A stretch of DNA of 64,000 bases from the IMG/VR virus record IMGVR_UViG_3300012930_000012, positions 1-64,000 of that record; one strand, written 5' to 3'. The stretch comes from a virus. The notes beneath the pieces were generated by a model, which saw only the letters and a list, made by a program, of their open reading frames with translations, had not been told where the DNA came from and made no database searches. The position numbers and the translations under genes were made by a program. Positions 55,387-64,000 of the stretch are shown piece after piece; positions within the stretch are counted from its first letter, which is position 1, and each line of letters starts with the position of its first letter.

Positions 55387-56549
55387 GGGAATCTTCCCCT
55401 CGCATTGAAAGTGATGGGAGGCACTGGCGGGCCGACTCGTGTGCGTAAAGAAGCCACAGCACGGGCCAGCGCAAAGAGGCTTACGCCCACGAACCGGGAT
55501 GCCATCCCTACCACGCCCGCCGCTGCTGTAATATTCTTACCAACTTGACTCAGTCTGCTGGCCATGGGCGCGCTCTCCGCCTGAAGTGATTTGCCAACAG
55601 AGGTGATATCCAAGGTTGCCGCCGGGGCGGTCTGCGCTGAGGCGCCCACCGGTCGTCCCTGTGTTAAGGTGGCCAGAACCGAACCCAACGCCGGCAGCGC
55701 AACGGCGACCTGTTTCCCCAGAGAACCGATCGTGCTCCCCACCACCGTAATCACCTTACCCACCACGTTTCCTAGCTGAGCCATCGATACCGCTGACGCG
55801 CCCCTGAGCAAGCCCGACAGCCGCGAAACCGTCGCAACCGGCGTGGTGGTAGCGGCTAAGGGGACAGTGGCTCCCTTAGCCGCTGTAGCCGCTGGCGCCG
55901 TCGCAACGGCCAGGGGGGCGGTAGTCTGGCGGGCGGCTTGGGCTGTGGGGGCGGTTTGCGCCTGGACAGGAACGGAGGTGGCCCTGGTTGTGGAAGCCAC
56001 CTGGGTGGCTAAGGCTAAAAGCGCCTTGGCAACTGACTCCAAGGCGGTGGCCGTCGTGGTGGCTAAGGCTAGCGCGACTTTGTTGTTGGCTCGAAAAAGC
56101 GTTGCCGAGGGATTCGTGGACGCCGCTGCCGGCTTGCCGGTTTGCCGAACGTCCGTGGCCACGGGTGCCGTGCTCGCGGCAAGCGGCTTGCCGGTTTGAT
56201 TTGTGCGGGTGGCTGATGGTGACGTGCTTGCCTGGAATAATTTGGACAGAGATCGTACAAGGGAAGCAAGCGGTGAAGTTGACGCTTGTAGAGATTTTGC
56301 GGTCAGATTATCCAGTGAAGCGGTGGGCGAACTTGAGGCATTAACTGGCTTGGAGGTGGCATTATCTAACGAAGCACTAGGGGAACTTGAGGCGCTGAGC
56401 GGCTTTGTAGTGGCATTGGCCAATGAAGCGCCTGGCGAACTGGTTGCCTGAAGGGAGCTTGTGTTTGAGTTCGGCGTCGCCTGGGGCCGGAGCCGCACGT
56501 CCGGCGGGCTCGCCTCCCCCGCATAGAGCTTCTGGATGTCAAAAGTCAT
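55383..56549 (-). CDS. Ala/Ser/Thr-rich protein of ~19 tandem 18-aa repeats (fibre ruler-like)
   Basis: Start MTFDIQ (ATGA overlap); K(P/S)L.AS..P.A(S/T)L.... period 18. Confidence 0.75.
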   Translation of the reverse strand: MTFDIQKLYAGEASPPDVRLRPQATPNSNTSSLQATSSPGASLANATTKPLSASSSPSASLDNATSKPVNASSSPTASLDNLTAKSLQASTSPLASLVRSLSKLFQASTSPSATRTNQTGKPLAASTAPVATDVRQTGKPAAASTNPSATLFRANNKVALALATTTATALESVAKALLALATQVASTTRATSVPVQAQTAPTAQAARQTTAPLAVATAPAATAAKGATVPLAATTTPVATVSRLSGLLRGASAVSMAQLGNVVGKVITVVGSTIGSLGKQVAVALPALGSVLATLTQGRPVGASAQTAPAATLDITSVGKSLQAESAPMASRLSQVGKNITAAAGVVGMASRFVGVSLFALARAVASLRTRVGPPVPPITFNARGRFP

Positions 56550-56845
56550 GACGCCGTGAGGGTGTTGGTGGATGTGCCGAAGATGTCGGGGGCGCCGGTT
56601 AAGTAATCCACGGTGAAGAAAGTCAAGCTGCGATCCCCAGCAATCTCTACCGCATACAAGCCATTTGCATCGGATATGGCTCTTCCCCGCCACGCCTTTG
56701 ATACCGTTTCGAACACATCCACCGTGCAAAAGCCCAAGGCGGCGCCGTTAAGGTCCCTGGTTACCCCAGATACGGTATAGCGGGACGTTTGCTCCGGGGA
56801 AACGAAGAACCTTCCGGCGTTGCTGATCCCAATTGCTCCCGGCAT
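56546..56845 (-). CDS. Small prealbumin-like beta-sandwich fibre adaptor
   Basis: VSGVTRD.NG......V.....SDANG.Y; TGATG overlap. Confidence 0.6.
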   Translation of the reverse strand: MPGAIGISNAGRFFVSPEQTSRYTVSGVTRDLNGAALGFCTVDVFETVSKAWRGRAISDANGLYAVEIAGDRSLTFFTVDYLTGAPDIFGTSTNTLTAS

Positions 56846-57537
56846 CAGTTTAGCGACTGAATAGCCGCGAACTGCGTCGTGATGGATCCCGCGGTCGTGC
56901 CCCAAATGATTGACACACCGATGCCCGTAGCAATGCCTACATCGACTGTAGCGACCGACGTACCACCCATCGTGAGAACAAACGGCGCGGACCCGGTTGT
57001 AAGCAAGCCCTGAGTCTTGAATTCGCCCCAACCGATAAAGGTCGAGTTCGCACCGGCCGTTGCCGAGACAGCGCGACAGAGGACATAAAGATCAAGAAGC
57101 CATGGACGGTTGGTTGTGGCGCCGGGCGAGAAGAGCGCACCGGAGGCGCCAAGTGACGAGCTAGTGACGAGAAGACCCACACGTGGCGTGAGGGTTATAG
57201 AGCCAGTGGAGGCCGGCAATGTGATGATGCCACCCGCCGTTATTTTGTAGACCTTCCCCGGTTGGGCATCATTGGCGTTGATTGGTGTGTTAATGGCAAC
57301 GGGCCAGAGGAGAGCTTCTGTCGTCACCGTCGAGTAGGTAAGCAAATCAGCCAAAATTGGCGGCTGGATTAAGTCCATGAAATTTTGCCGGGACATCATA
57401 GCCCAGGCGGAATCCGGCACTATCGACCGAATGATAGCCGGAGACTTGGGAACGAACGGAGCCCGCAAACGGACGGCGCTTACATCGATCTTTTTGATCC
57501 GATCATGGTCAGCTGGTTTGAGTATCATGGCAATCAC
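56845..57537 (-). CDS. Virion beta-sandwich protein, paralog of 59510-60169
   Basis: Shared TE......AN...G....IT..G...G..T...R.G pattern and SLN end. Confidence 0.6.
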   Translation of the reverse strand: MIAMILKPADHDRIKKIDVSAVRLRAPFVPKSPAIIRSIVPDSAWAMMSRQNFMDLIQPPILADLLTYSTVTTEALLWPVAINTPINANDAQPGKVYKITAGGIITLPASTGSITLTPRVGLLVTSSSLGASGALFSPGATTNRPWLLDLYVLCRAVSATAGANSTFIGWGEFKTQGLLTTGSAPFVLTMGGTSVATVDVGIATGIGVSIIWGTTAGSITTQFAAIQSLN

Positions 57538-57989
57538 CCTGGGACAAACTTAAGACCGAACGTGAAGGCAATGCTGTCGGCGGACACCACGTTGACTGCG
57601 GAAAATACCGAGCGGATGAGCATATTGCCCGCCGATACCGCATCAAAGAGCCCAGCCTCAGTAATAGCGAGGGTAGAGCCCGCCGTTACCGTGCCAGCCA
57701 CCTGGTAGTTATCATTGGTGTTGGTCACGGTCGTGCGCGATTCGGTGCCCACAGTGCGCCCACCGGCCGTGGTGGGAGCACTCTCTGTTTGAAGCGCCGT
57801 ATCGGTGACCGCCGCGGCGTTGGTGCCGATGCCCCAGCCAATATTCTTGGGTGCCGTACCGGCTTGGATGATGCGGTTGGTCACAATGGCTGCGCCCGCG
57901 TTGGTAAACACGGTCGCCAATAAGATGATGCCGCCGGCAATGGCGCCGCGCAGCGCCCCTTTAAGGGAACCCAATGCTCTGGTGTTCAA
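57534..57989 (-). CDS. Tail-collar-fibre-like subunit
   Basis: T.AG...IGWG.G...DTAL.TE...ITEAGLFDA...GNML...F..VN. Confidence 0.65.
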   Translation of the reverse strand: MNTRALGSLKGALRGAIAGGIILLATVFTNAGAAIVTNRIIQAGTAPKNIGWGIGTNAAAVTDTALQTESAPTTAGGRTVGTESRTTVTNTNDNYQVAGTVTAGSTLAITEAGLFDAVSAGNMLIRSVFSAVNVVSADSIAFTFGLKFVPG

Positions 57990-58238
57990 TTAAGCCTCCT
58001 TGGTCCAACTGTGGACGACGACCGAGTCTATCGCAAAGACTTCGGCGATGCGCTTGCGATCCTCGGCTGTCGGAGTTAATTCGCGCAGCGTAATGGTGTG
58101 GGTGTCCCGCGGATCGACGGGCACAAGTTCAATAATGGAGCACGGCATGTCTCCCTCGATGTCGTGTCCCTCCGGCGTCTTGGCCGGCACCTTAACGGTG
58201 GTGTCGTGCCGGCTGTGCACTGTGTACTTCTTTCCCAT
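57990..58238 (-). CDS. Hypothetical protein
   Basis: AAGGAG RBS. Confidence 0.5.
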   Translation of the reverse strand: MGKKYTVHSRHDTTVKVPAKTPEGHDIEGDMPCSIIELVPVDPRDTHTITLRELTPTAEDRKRIAEVFAIDSVVVHSWTKEA

Positions 58239-58243
58239 GGGTA

Positions 58244-58510
58244 TCATCTCCTTTCGATGAATTTGGCCAGATCCTTGAGTCTTGCAGCAAACCAAAACAA
58301 GAGCCGAGCTAACGGCGGCACCTCCGCCGTAACCTCAGCTTTGACCAACTGATGGTCCGTCAAGTTGGGCGCCCCCTGTCCGCACGCCGGGCACGCTGCC
58401 AGCGCCCGAGGATTGGCGGCGCCGCACGCCGGGCACGCCGGGATACGGACCAAACCCAGCTGAGCCTCGAACCGAACCTCCCGCTCACCTTTCTTGTTGG
58501 TTACGGTCAT
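58244..58510 (-). CDS. Small zinc-ribbon protein
   Basis: Two CPACG motifs; ATGA overlap. Confidence 0.55.
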   Translation of the reverse strand: MTVTNKKGEREVRFEAQLGLVRIPACPACGAANPRALAACPACGQGAPNLTDHQLVKAEVTAEVPPLARLLFWFAARLKDLAKFIERR

Positions 58511-59499
58511 GAAAGAACACCTTCCGCGTCTTGCTCGTTTCTAATAAGTCCACGTGCCGCCAATTGGGGAGATATTACACCGGCACCGAAGAACAGGGGG
58601 GAGGTCGTGGCTGCCCCAGAATCCTTGGGGGATAGTGCTTCGTTTATGAATGCCGCCATGACGGCGCGGGCGCTAAACACATCGAGGGGTTCCAGCGTTT
58701 CCGCTACGTCAGCCTGAAAGAAGAACCCGGCCGTTTGCGCATCTTCTAATGATAGGGTCTCCTGTACAAAGGAAACCATGTGCTGGTTTGCCGACACCTC
58801 ATCAAGAGGGTTAACGACTTCTTCGATGAAAGAGGCAAAAGTTTGGCTAGTTGAGAATGCATCGGTCGGCGTCACGTTTTCTTGTATGGAAGCGCTCGCC
58901 CTTAATGCGGCGGAGAACGTAGCAACAGGCGTTAAGGTTTCTTGAATGGAGGCGCTTGTCAGTAACGCGGCTGAAACTGTGTCAGCAAGCGTTAGGGTTT
59001 CTTGGATGGACGCTATATAGGTGGCGCTGTACTGACTTAATTTCCGACGTTGTAACGGATACGGGCGGCCGGCGTAGTTGTGTAGAATGTAGTCTTGCCG
59101 GGCAAAAGCGACGAGCCGGTCCTTGCCCTTGCCTGGTGGCGGTCCTTTAGGTGGCTTGGGTGGCGGCTTGTGCGGTGGGGGAATAAAAGGCGGTGGTAGA
59201 GGCCCTTCCGATGTTGGCGATGCGCGGAATCTGTGTGGACGTGGAGAAAATCCGTATGGTCCAAAACCATCGTCTTTCTGATAGAATCCAATGGGTGACC
59301 GGGCAGCGGCAATCCACGCTTCCACCGCAACCCTGGTGATGTTAACAGTTGTTGCTGGTGCATCAACGGTAACCCAGGCTTCCACGGCCAGGCGAGTGAC
59401 CCGCGCGAAGTTGCCGGCAGGGCCGGTTTGTATAGTCTCCTGCGGGCGAAATCTCCAAGGTGGAACGCCGAGGAAGCTGGGAGGTCCGATACTGGCCAT
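58507..59499 (-). CDS. Fibre-associated protein with Pro/Lys hinge and seven 20-aa repeats
   Basis: ASIQETLT..D..SA repeats; duplicated TR.AVEAW. Confidence 0.7.
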   Translation of the reverse strand: MASIGPPSFLGVPPWRFRPQETIQTGPAGNFARVTRLAVEAWVTVDAPATTVNITRVAVEAWIAAARSPIGFYQKDDGFGPYGFSPRPHRFRASPTSEGPLPPPFIPPPHKPPPKPPKGPPPGKGKDRLVAFARQDYILHNYAGRPYPLQRRKLSQYSATYIASIQETLTLADTVSAALLTSASIQETLTPVATFSAALRASASIQENVTPTDAFSTSQTFASFIEEVVNPLDEVSANQHMVSFVQETLSLEDAQTAGFFFQADVAETLEPLDVFSARAVMAAFINEALSPKDSGAATTSPLFFGAGVISPQLAARGLIRNEQDAEGVLS

Positions 59500-59509
59500 T
59501 CATTCACGA

Positions 59510-60169
59510 TCAGTTCAAGCTCTCATACGTAGCTTGCTGAATTTGAATGTTCGTTGGGTTGGTGTTAACGGAGAATTGCGCCGTCACGGAAAGCGCCGTC
59601 GCCGACACGAGATCCAATGTGCCAACCGCGGCCTGGCCCGAGGCAGGGATCAGGTCAACGCGTCCGGTAACCGAGGCCGATAAACCAAGGCAACACCACC
59701 CTGAAACAATAAGCGTGCCGGGGTTTCCCTTCGTCCGGCAAGTAAGCCTAAGCTGTATAATGACTTGAGCATTCGTCTGTGCTACAATGTTCAAAGCAAT
59801 GGCCGCGCTGGCAACCAAGAGCGTGCCGGCGACGCCACCCCAGCGACAACGGAACGTGAGCGTGCCGGGGGTTGTTACCACGTTGCTCATCTTGCCGATG
59901 AGGGTGATCTGAATCGTTCTTCCCTCAACCAAGTAGTTTGCCGGCACGGTGAAATCGGGAACAAGAACCGTCTCGGCCGTACTGTTGCTTATTTGCGTTG
60001 CATCAGTAACCGAGGCGGAGAGGGTTTCCTCCCAGGAATTCGTGGACATTCTGGCATACTGGGATGGACTAACCTTTGATATGATCGCCCGCAAAGGAAC
60101 GTAGCGTGGAAGCTCGACCTTTGATATGATTATAGAGGGGGCTACACCGGACATGAGTTGATGCTTCAT
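59510..60169 (-). CDS. Virion beta-sandwich protein, paralog of 56845-57537
   Basis: See paralog; GAGG RBS. Confidence 0.6.
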   Translation of the reverse strand: MKHQLMSGVAPSIIISKVELPRYVPLRAIISKVSPSQYARMSTNSWEETLSASVTDATQISNSTAETVLVPDFTVPANYLVEGRTIQITLIGKMSNVVTTPGTLTFRCRWGGVAGTLLVASAAIALNIVAQTNAQVIIQLRLTCRTKGNPGTLIVSGWCCLGLSASVTGRVDLIPASGQAAVGTLDLVSATALSVTAQFSVNTNPTNIQIQQATYESLN

Positions 60170-60182
60170 TTTGATTTTCCTC

Positions 60183-61706
60183 TTACGATGAAACCTTTGG
60201 CCCTATTTGAAGAGCATTGACGGCGGCCGGTAACCACGCCAAGCCGGTGGCGGGATCAGTGCTCTTGAATGAATTGAACTGCGAGAACGAGGTGGTCAGC
60301 GCGTACTCGGTGCTGTCAAAAGCAACACCCCCAGAGCTGGCCGTGATCTTAAAGCCCCTTGCGGTAGCTTGAGACTTCTGCACCAGTGCCCGCAAGTTAA
60401 CGCCTACCACACTTGCCGGCGTGTACCAGAGCCCAAAGATATTATAGAGGTCCGAGTGGCCAACAACATTGTCTTGGAGGTAGGTGGTGAGCGTATCTTG
60501 AAATTCGTCACTCACGCAACCAGCATTGTTCGCGGTTAGCGTGACTGATATTGTAGGCGATTGGGCTGCCGGCGCCGCCACGTTGAGCCCGGTCAAGGAG
60601 TTGGGGAAGCCAGACACGTAGCTCCCCGTATAAACGAACTCGGTTCCACCGCTGGTCGAGCTTACCGTACAGTTGGTGTCTGTTAGAATGGCGAAGAAGT
60701 ATGAATAACCCTTCATCATCCCAACTGGGTTGGCGAACGTTGCCGTATTGGCCCCAGTGGCCGGGTTGACAATTTCATTTGAGACCGCGATCAGCGTCCC
60801 CGGCTGGTTGTCCGGCACACCCCCCTGAACATTACCATCCGCCAGGTAAAGGGCTATCTTGGCCTTCCCCGTGAACCCCGCATTCATAGCAAAGGTGCAG
60901 GAGGAAAACACACCCCCCTGGGTCACGGAAAATCTAGTGGTCGTCCACAGCTGATTGGCCACAATGGCCCGGGTTGAGTTTGAGGTCGATATGCCAGCAA
61001 CCAAGCTGCCTGTACTTACCCGGGCAAAGGCCGTAGAGATATCCAAAGTCGGCGGGAGCTGAACAGCTCTAACATCCCCAATCCAATCATTGGGCGTGTC
61101 GCTAACGTTGCCGTTATAAAAGAGAAGATCATCGAACCTGGTGAACGATCCCGACTCCTTGCGCAAGCAGACGGCGTTCGCGTAGTTGTTGGCTGTACCG
61201 CCGCGGGTGTTGACGCCCGTGACGACGTACGTGTCCGACGTGGCCCCGTCCTTTCTGATGTGGACCTCGCCGGCCGTGTTGTGAATGATCGCCTTGATCT
61301 GAAACTGGTGCCAATCGTTGGCCACCGGGAGCGCGCCCAGGAAGGTGGCCAGCACGGCCCCGCCCACGGCCCCGGAGTAAACGACGATCGAACCGTTGCC
61401 CTGGAACGCCACCGTGCACTGAGCCGTACCGCCGTCCCTGAAGGCAACCGCTATCATGGCCACCGCGGCTGTGTTCACGGTCGCAACCGCGATGCTGGCG
61501 AACCATGTGGCTTCGTTCGTGCTCCCGGTCTTGGTAAAACAATCTCCGGCAAACCCGGAGTTGTTTATGAGGATGCACTGACCCGTTCCAAAGCGGGTGA
61601 ACGTGGCATCGATGTTGGCCCCAACACCCGAGGTCTCCCAAAAATTGGCCCCGCCATCCGTGACGGCAGCGTACCAATCAAAGCCATCGCCGATGAAATA
61701 CGTCAT
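60183..61706 (-). CDS. Putative receptor-binding/lectin-like fibre protein
   Basis: DGFD N-terminus, concanavalin-like W..F.IK...G.V, DP.TG.AW..AAVNALQIG C-terminus. Confidence 0.65.
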   Translation of the reverse strand: MTYFIGDGFDWYAAVTDGGANFWETSGVGANIDATFTRFGTGQCILINNSGFAGDCFTKTGSTNEATWFASIAVATVNTAAVAMIAVAFRDGGTAQCTVAFQGNGSIVVYSGAVGGAVLATFLGALPVANDWHQFQIKAIIHNTAGEVHIRKDGATSDTYVVTGVNTRGGTANNYANAVCLRKESGSFTRFDDLLFYNGNVSDTPNDWIGDVRAVQLPPTLDISTAFARVSTGSLVAGISTSNSTRAIVANQLWTTTRFSVTQGGVFSSCTFAMNAGFTGKAKIALYLADGNVQGGVPDNQPGTLIAVSNEIVNPATGANTATFANPVGMMKGYSYFFAILTDTNCTVSSTSGGTEFVYTGSYVSGFPNSLTGLNVAAPAAQSPTISVTLTANNAGCVSDEFQDTLTTYLQDNVVGHSDLYNIFGLWYTPASVVGVNLRALVQKSQATARGFKITASSGGVAFDSTEYALTTSFSQFNSFKSTDPATGLAWLPAAVNALQIGPKVSS

Positions 61707-62204
61707 TTACCCACGCTCTACGTAATCCAGCCCACCGGAAAGATGCACTGTGCCAGACGGAGCGTTTAACAGCTCAAACACGACCGCCTGCTGCAATGTG
61801 TTGTTGCACGGTATGGGTATTGGCTCTTGCCCCTCCGAGGCGGAGTCGAACCCGGTGTTGACGTAGCAGCTCTGCTCATCCAAAGTTACCGCGGTGCCGT
61901 TCGTCCCGGACTTGGATGTATCGTTCGTGTGCGCCGTACATTTGGCGGCCGAGTCCCCGGGATCCAGGGGGGTGGGCGTTGGGGTTGCGCCGCCGGACCC
62001 TGGCGTGACCGTTGCCGGCAAGAAGCGCAGCCGGAGCGCCATCATCTGGGGCGACGGAACTGCTACATCCGTGGCGCACACCCAATAGCGCACGATGTCG
62101 ATGGCTTTGAAGTTGGCCACGCTTGTGGGAAGCAATAGCGTGACGAGATCCTGGGGTTGCCCGGCGAGTACTTGTTCAAATGGGATTCGATAGAGTCTGG
62201 GCAT
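61707..62204 (-). CDS. Virion beta-sandwich protein
   Basis: QDL...GSGG..PTP..LDPGD.AA; in fibre cluster. Confidence 0.55.
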   Translation of the reverse strand: MPRLYRIPFEQVLAGQPQDLVTLLLPTSVANFKAIDIVRYWVCATDVAVPSPQMMALRLRFLPATVTPGSGGATPTPTPLDPGDSAAKCTAHTNDTSKSGTNGTAVTLDEQSCYVNTGFDSASEGQEPIPIPCNNTLQQAVVFELLNAPSGTVHLSGGLDYVERG

Positions 62205-62205
62205 A

Positions 62206-63039
62206 TCACATACTCAACTGCCAAGAGACATTAAGCTGGTCGCCCCCAAACACAGCACGGTCTCCTGTAAGAAATAGCCCGGCGGAAAAAAGTATGCCGG
62301 TGGTGCTGTCGATGGTACTGACGGCACCCGCACCGAATACCAAGAAGGCACCCTTAACCGTGCCGGTGCCGGTGAATGTGAAGTTTACGGCCACGGAGGT
62401 GGCCTTAACCCCGCCGGCCGCGGCGGAGAAGGCAACTGTTCCTCTGGGGGCGGTGTATGTTGGCGGGTTGGCAAGTCCGGCTTCCAGCCAGCCACCGTGC
62501 GCGGTCATAGTGTCGCTGAGCTTGATACCGTAGGTGACGTTGCCGCCCGTAATGGTGCTGGCGCCGAGGCCAATCGTGCCGGTGAAATTGAGCGTCGTGC
62601 CCGTCGTGCCGGCGGTGGCCACCCAGGTACCGTTGAGGCCGGCGAAGCCCCCCGTGCCGGTAAGAGTGTTGAGCGTAAACGAATCGCCGACGGCCAGGTT
62701 GTGGTTGCCGGCGGTGGTGATGTTGACGGCGCCCGTGCCGTTGTTGTAGGTGCCGCTCGTAATCGTCGTGATAGTGGGGCTGTACCCGGTTAAGGCTATG
62801 AGCCCCATGAAGGGTCCGGTCACGCTGTAGGCGGAGCCGGATAATGATTGATCCTCCATCGCGTTCTTGCCAACGGTGACGACGAGATTTGGAAATTCCT
62901 CTCGCCACACAACTTTGCCTTCACGCACAAGCTCGGCTGTGAACACGCCACAGGGTTTCAGCTTTTCAGCAACGCCACAAACTCCGACGAGCGCCGCATC
63001 CACGCTGTCATCTGCATTAAGTGTCTCGCCCATGTTCAC
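62206..63039 (-). CDS. Fibre subunit with inserted beta-barrel domain
   Basis: W.E.FPNLVVT.GKN, DTM..H.GW.E, G.LFSAG.F..GDR.V..GD.LNV. Confidence 0.65.
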   Translation of the reverse strand: MNMGETLNADDSVDAALVGVCGVAEKLKPCGVFTAELVREGKVVWREEFPNLVVTVGKNAMEDQSLSGSAYSVTGPFMGLIALTGYSPTITTITSGTYNNGTGAVNITTAGNHNLAVGDSFTLNTLTGTGGFAGLNGTWVATAGTTGTTLNFTGTIGLGASTITGGNVTYGIKLSDTMTAHGGWLEAGLANPPTYTAPRGTVAFSAAAGGVKATSVAVNFTFTGTGTVKGAFLVFGAGAVSTIDSTTGILFSAGLFLTGDRAVFGGDQLNVSWQLSM

Positions 63040-63112
63040 TGTCGTAGTCTCCTTTTGGAGGTATGCGCCCGGCAATGCGCCGGGCGCAGCATCTCATAAA
63101 AGTCGGTACTTT

Positions 63113-63547
63113 TTAAGCGTTGGGAGTGAACGCGATATCGCCGCTGGCCGCCTCGGCCGGGACGACCGTGATGGTGCCCGTGCTCACGATGGTGTCCACG
63201 CCTGGCGTAGGATCGCCCTCGGCCGTGACGGTAACGACAACATCCCCCAGGGCGCCGGCCGCATCCGTGGGCACAAAGTTGGCCGAAAGGCCATCGGGTG
63301 CAACGGTCATATCGAGAACCCCGTCGGTACCCATTGCCCACGTTGGCACGCCAACGATGGCAGCCGGATTGCCTTTCTTATCCTTGTACGACGCCGACGC
63401 GGAAACGCCATTCGAGTCTGATTTGATCGTAATCTGCGACATGTCTTCTCCTAACGGCGCAAGAAAGAGTTGACCGGACACGGCTCTGTGGCGCTTGCGC
63501 TTTCGCCCTTCACCCCGGCATGTAAAGATATTGAAGACAAGTTTCAT
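63113..63547 (-). CDS. Ig-like protein, two possible in-frame starts (63547, 63442)
   Basis: D..GNPA....PTW...V.PDG.SA; RBS before both ATGs. Confidence 0.55.
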   Translation of the reverse strand: MKLVFNIFTCRGEGRKRKRHRAVSGQLFLAPLGEDMSQITIKSDSNGVSASASYKDKKGNPAAIVGVPTWAMGTDGVLDMTVAPDGLSANFVPTDAAGALGDVVVTVTAEGDPTPGVDTIVSTGTITVVPAEAASGDIAFTPNA

Positions 63548-63600
63548 CTTTATGACTCCCTTTTCTTTGAGTCACGGCAACACGGCGCTAAGAAAATAGG

Positions 63601-63825
63601 CTAGTAGATGCGAGCAGCGCCCACCTGGCCAAACGGTATGAGCGGCACGCTACCGAGAAGGATGCCGATGCAAAACACACCGGCCGCCACCGTCAAGATG
63701 AGCCACACCAACCACATGAACGGCGCGACGATTGCTACCTTTGATTCAATTACGCCAGCCATCCAGTAAATGACACCGAATACTAGACCATAGATGAACA
63801 GAGTCCAAATAAGGGCGAGCCACAT
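63601..63825 (-). CDS. Small two-TM membrane protein (holin-like)
   Basis: 74 aa, two hydrophobic helices, GGAG RBS. Confidence 0.5.
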   Translation of the reverse strand: MWLALIWTLFIYGLVFGVIYWMAGVIESKVAIVAPFMWLVWLILTVAAGVFCIGILLGSVPLIPFGQVGAARIY

Positions 63826-63831
63826 GGTTGT

Positions 63832-63999
63832 TCACTCCGGTGTGTTAGGGTCAAAGCGCAACCCGGTGGCGGCCAGCTGAGATTGACACGCCCCAAGTTG
63901 ATTGGTCAACTCTTTGAGCGACACTTGGCTGCTGGTGTATCCAGTCCACCTGGCGGCCTCCTGGAGCCCCGGGATCTTCTCGGTGTGATAGTACCTGGC
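63832..63999 (-). CDS. 3' end of a gene truncated by window edge
   Basis: Open frame ...ARYYHTEK...FDPNTPE*. Confidence 0.4.
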   Translation of the reverse strand, partial: ARYYHTEKIPGLQEAARWTGYTSSQVSLKELTNQLGACQSQLAATGLRFDPNTPE

Positions 64000-64000
64000 G

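Larger units (their letters stand above)
1..64000. mobile_element. Tailed bacteriophage (myovirus) genome segment, probably near-complete and circularly permuted
   Basis: Terminase-portal-capsid-sheath-tube-TMP module plus autonomous replication module; no host housekeeping genes or integrase seen. Confidence 0.95.

Noticed and set aside
55383-61706. Diversity-generating retroelement or invertible fibre system
   Set aside because: No reverse transcriptase, recombinase or adenine-specific repeat pair seen
1-64000. Prophage, tRNA or alternative genetic code
   Set aside because: No integrase, att or host flanks; no cloverleaf noticed by eye; standard code gives intact, densely packed genes

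Overview
The window is most of a tailed-phage genome (contractile-tailed myovirus, GC-rich, host plausibly an alphaproteobacterium, which is an inference). A minus-strand late operon starts at about 20.2 kb with a NusG-family antiterminator. It continues through terminase, DUF1073-type portal, MuF, a Nudix-protease-scaffold fusion, capsid, neck, sheath, tube, chaperone and tape measure, and appears to wrap round to the fibre/lysis genes at 64-55 kb. A divergent plus-strand early region (20.85-55.07 kb) is fully contained. It encodes three helicases, primase, class II RNR, a clamp-like protein, PolA, dCTP deaminase, ThyX and nucleases. No integrase, tRNA or CRISPR array was seen. Most notable: (1) an apparently split DNA methyltransferase whose conserved N-terminal module is fused to the DNA polymerase, inside an incomplete thymidine-hypermodification-like gene set; (2) a 64-aa stand-alone mimic of the Pol I fingers O-helix; (3) two fibre cassettes, each with a strictly periodic ruler-like repeat protein; (4) a repeated promoter and start-associated motif, plus candidate structured RNAs. 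All family assignments come from motif recognition by eye, not database searches.
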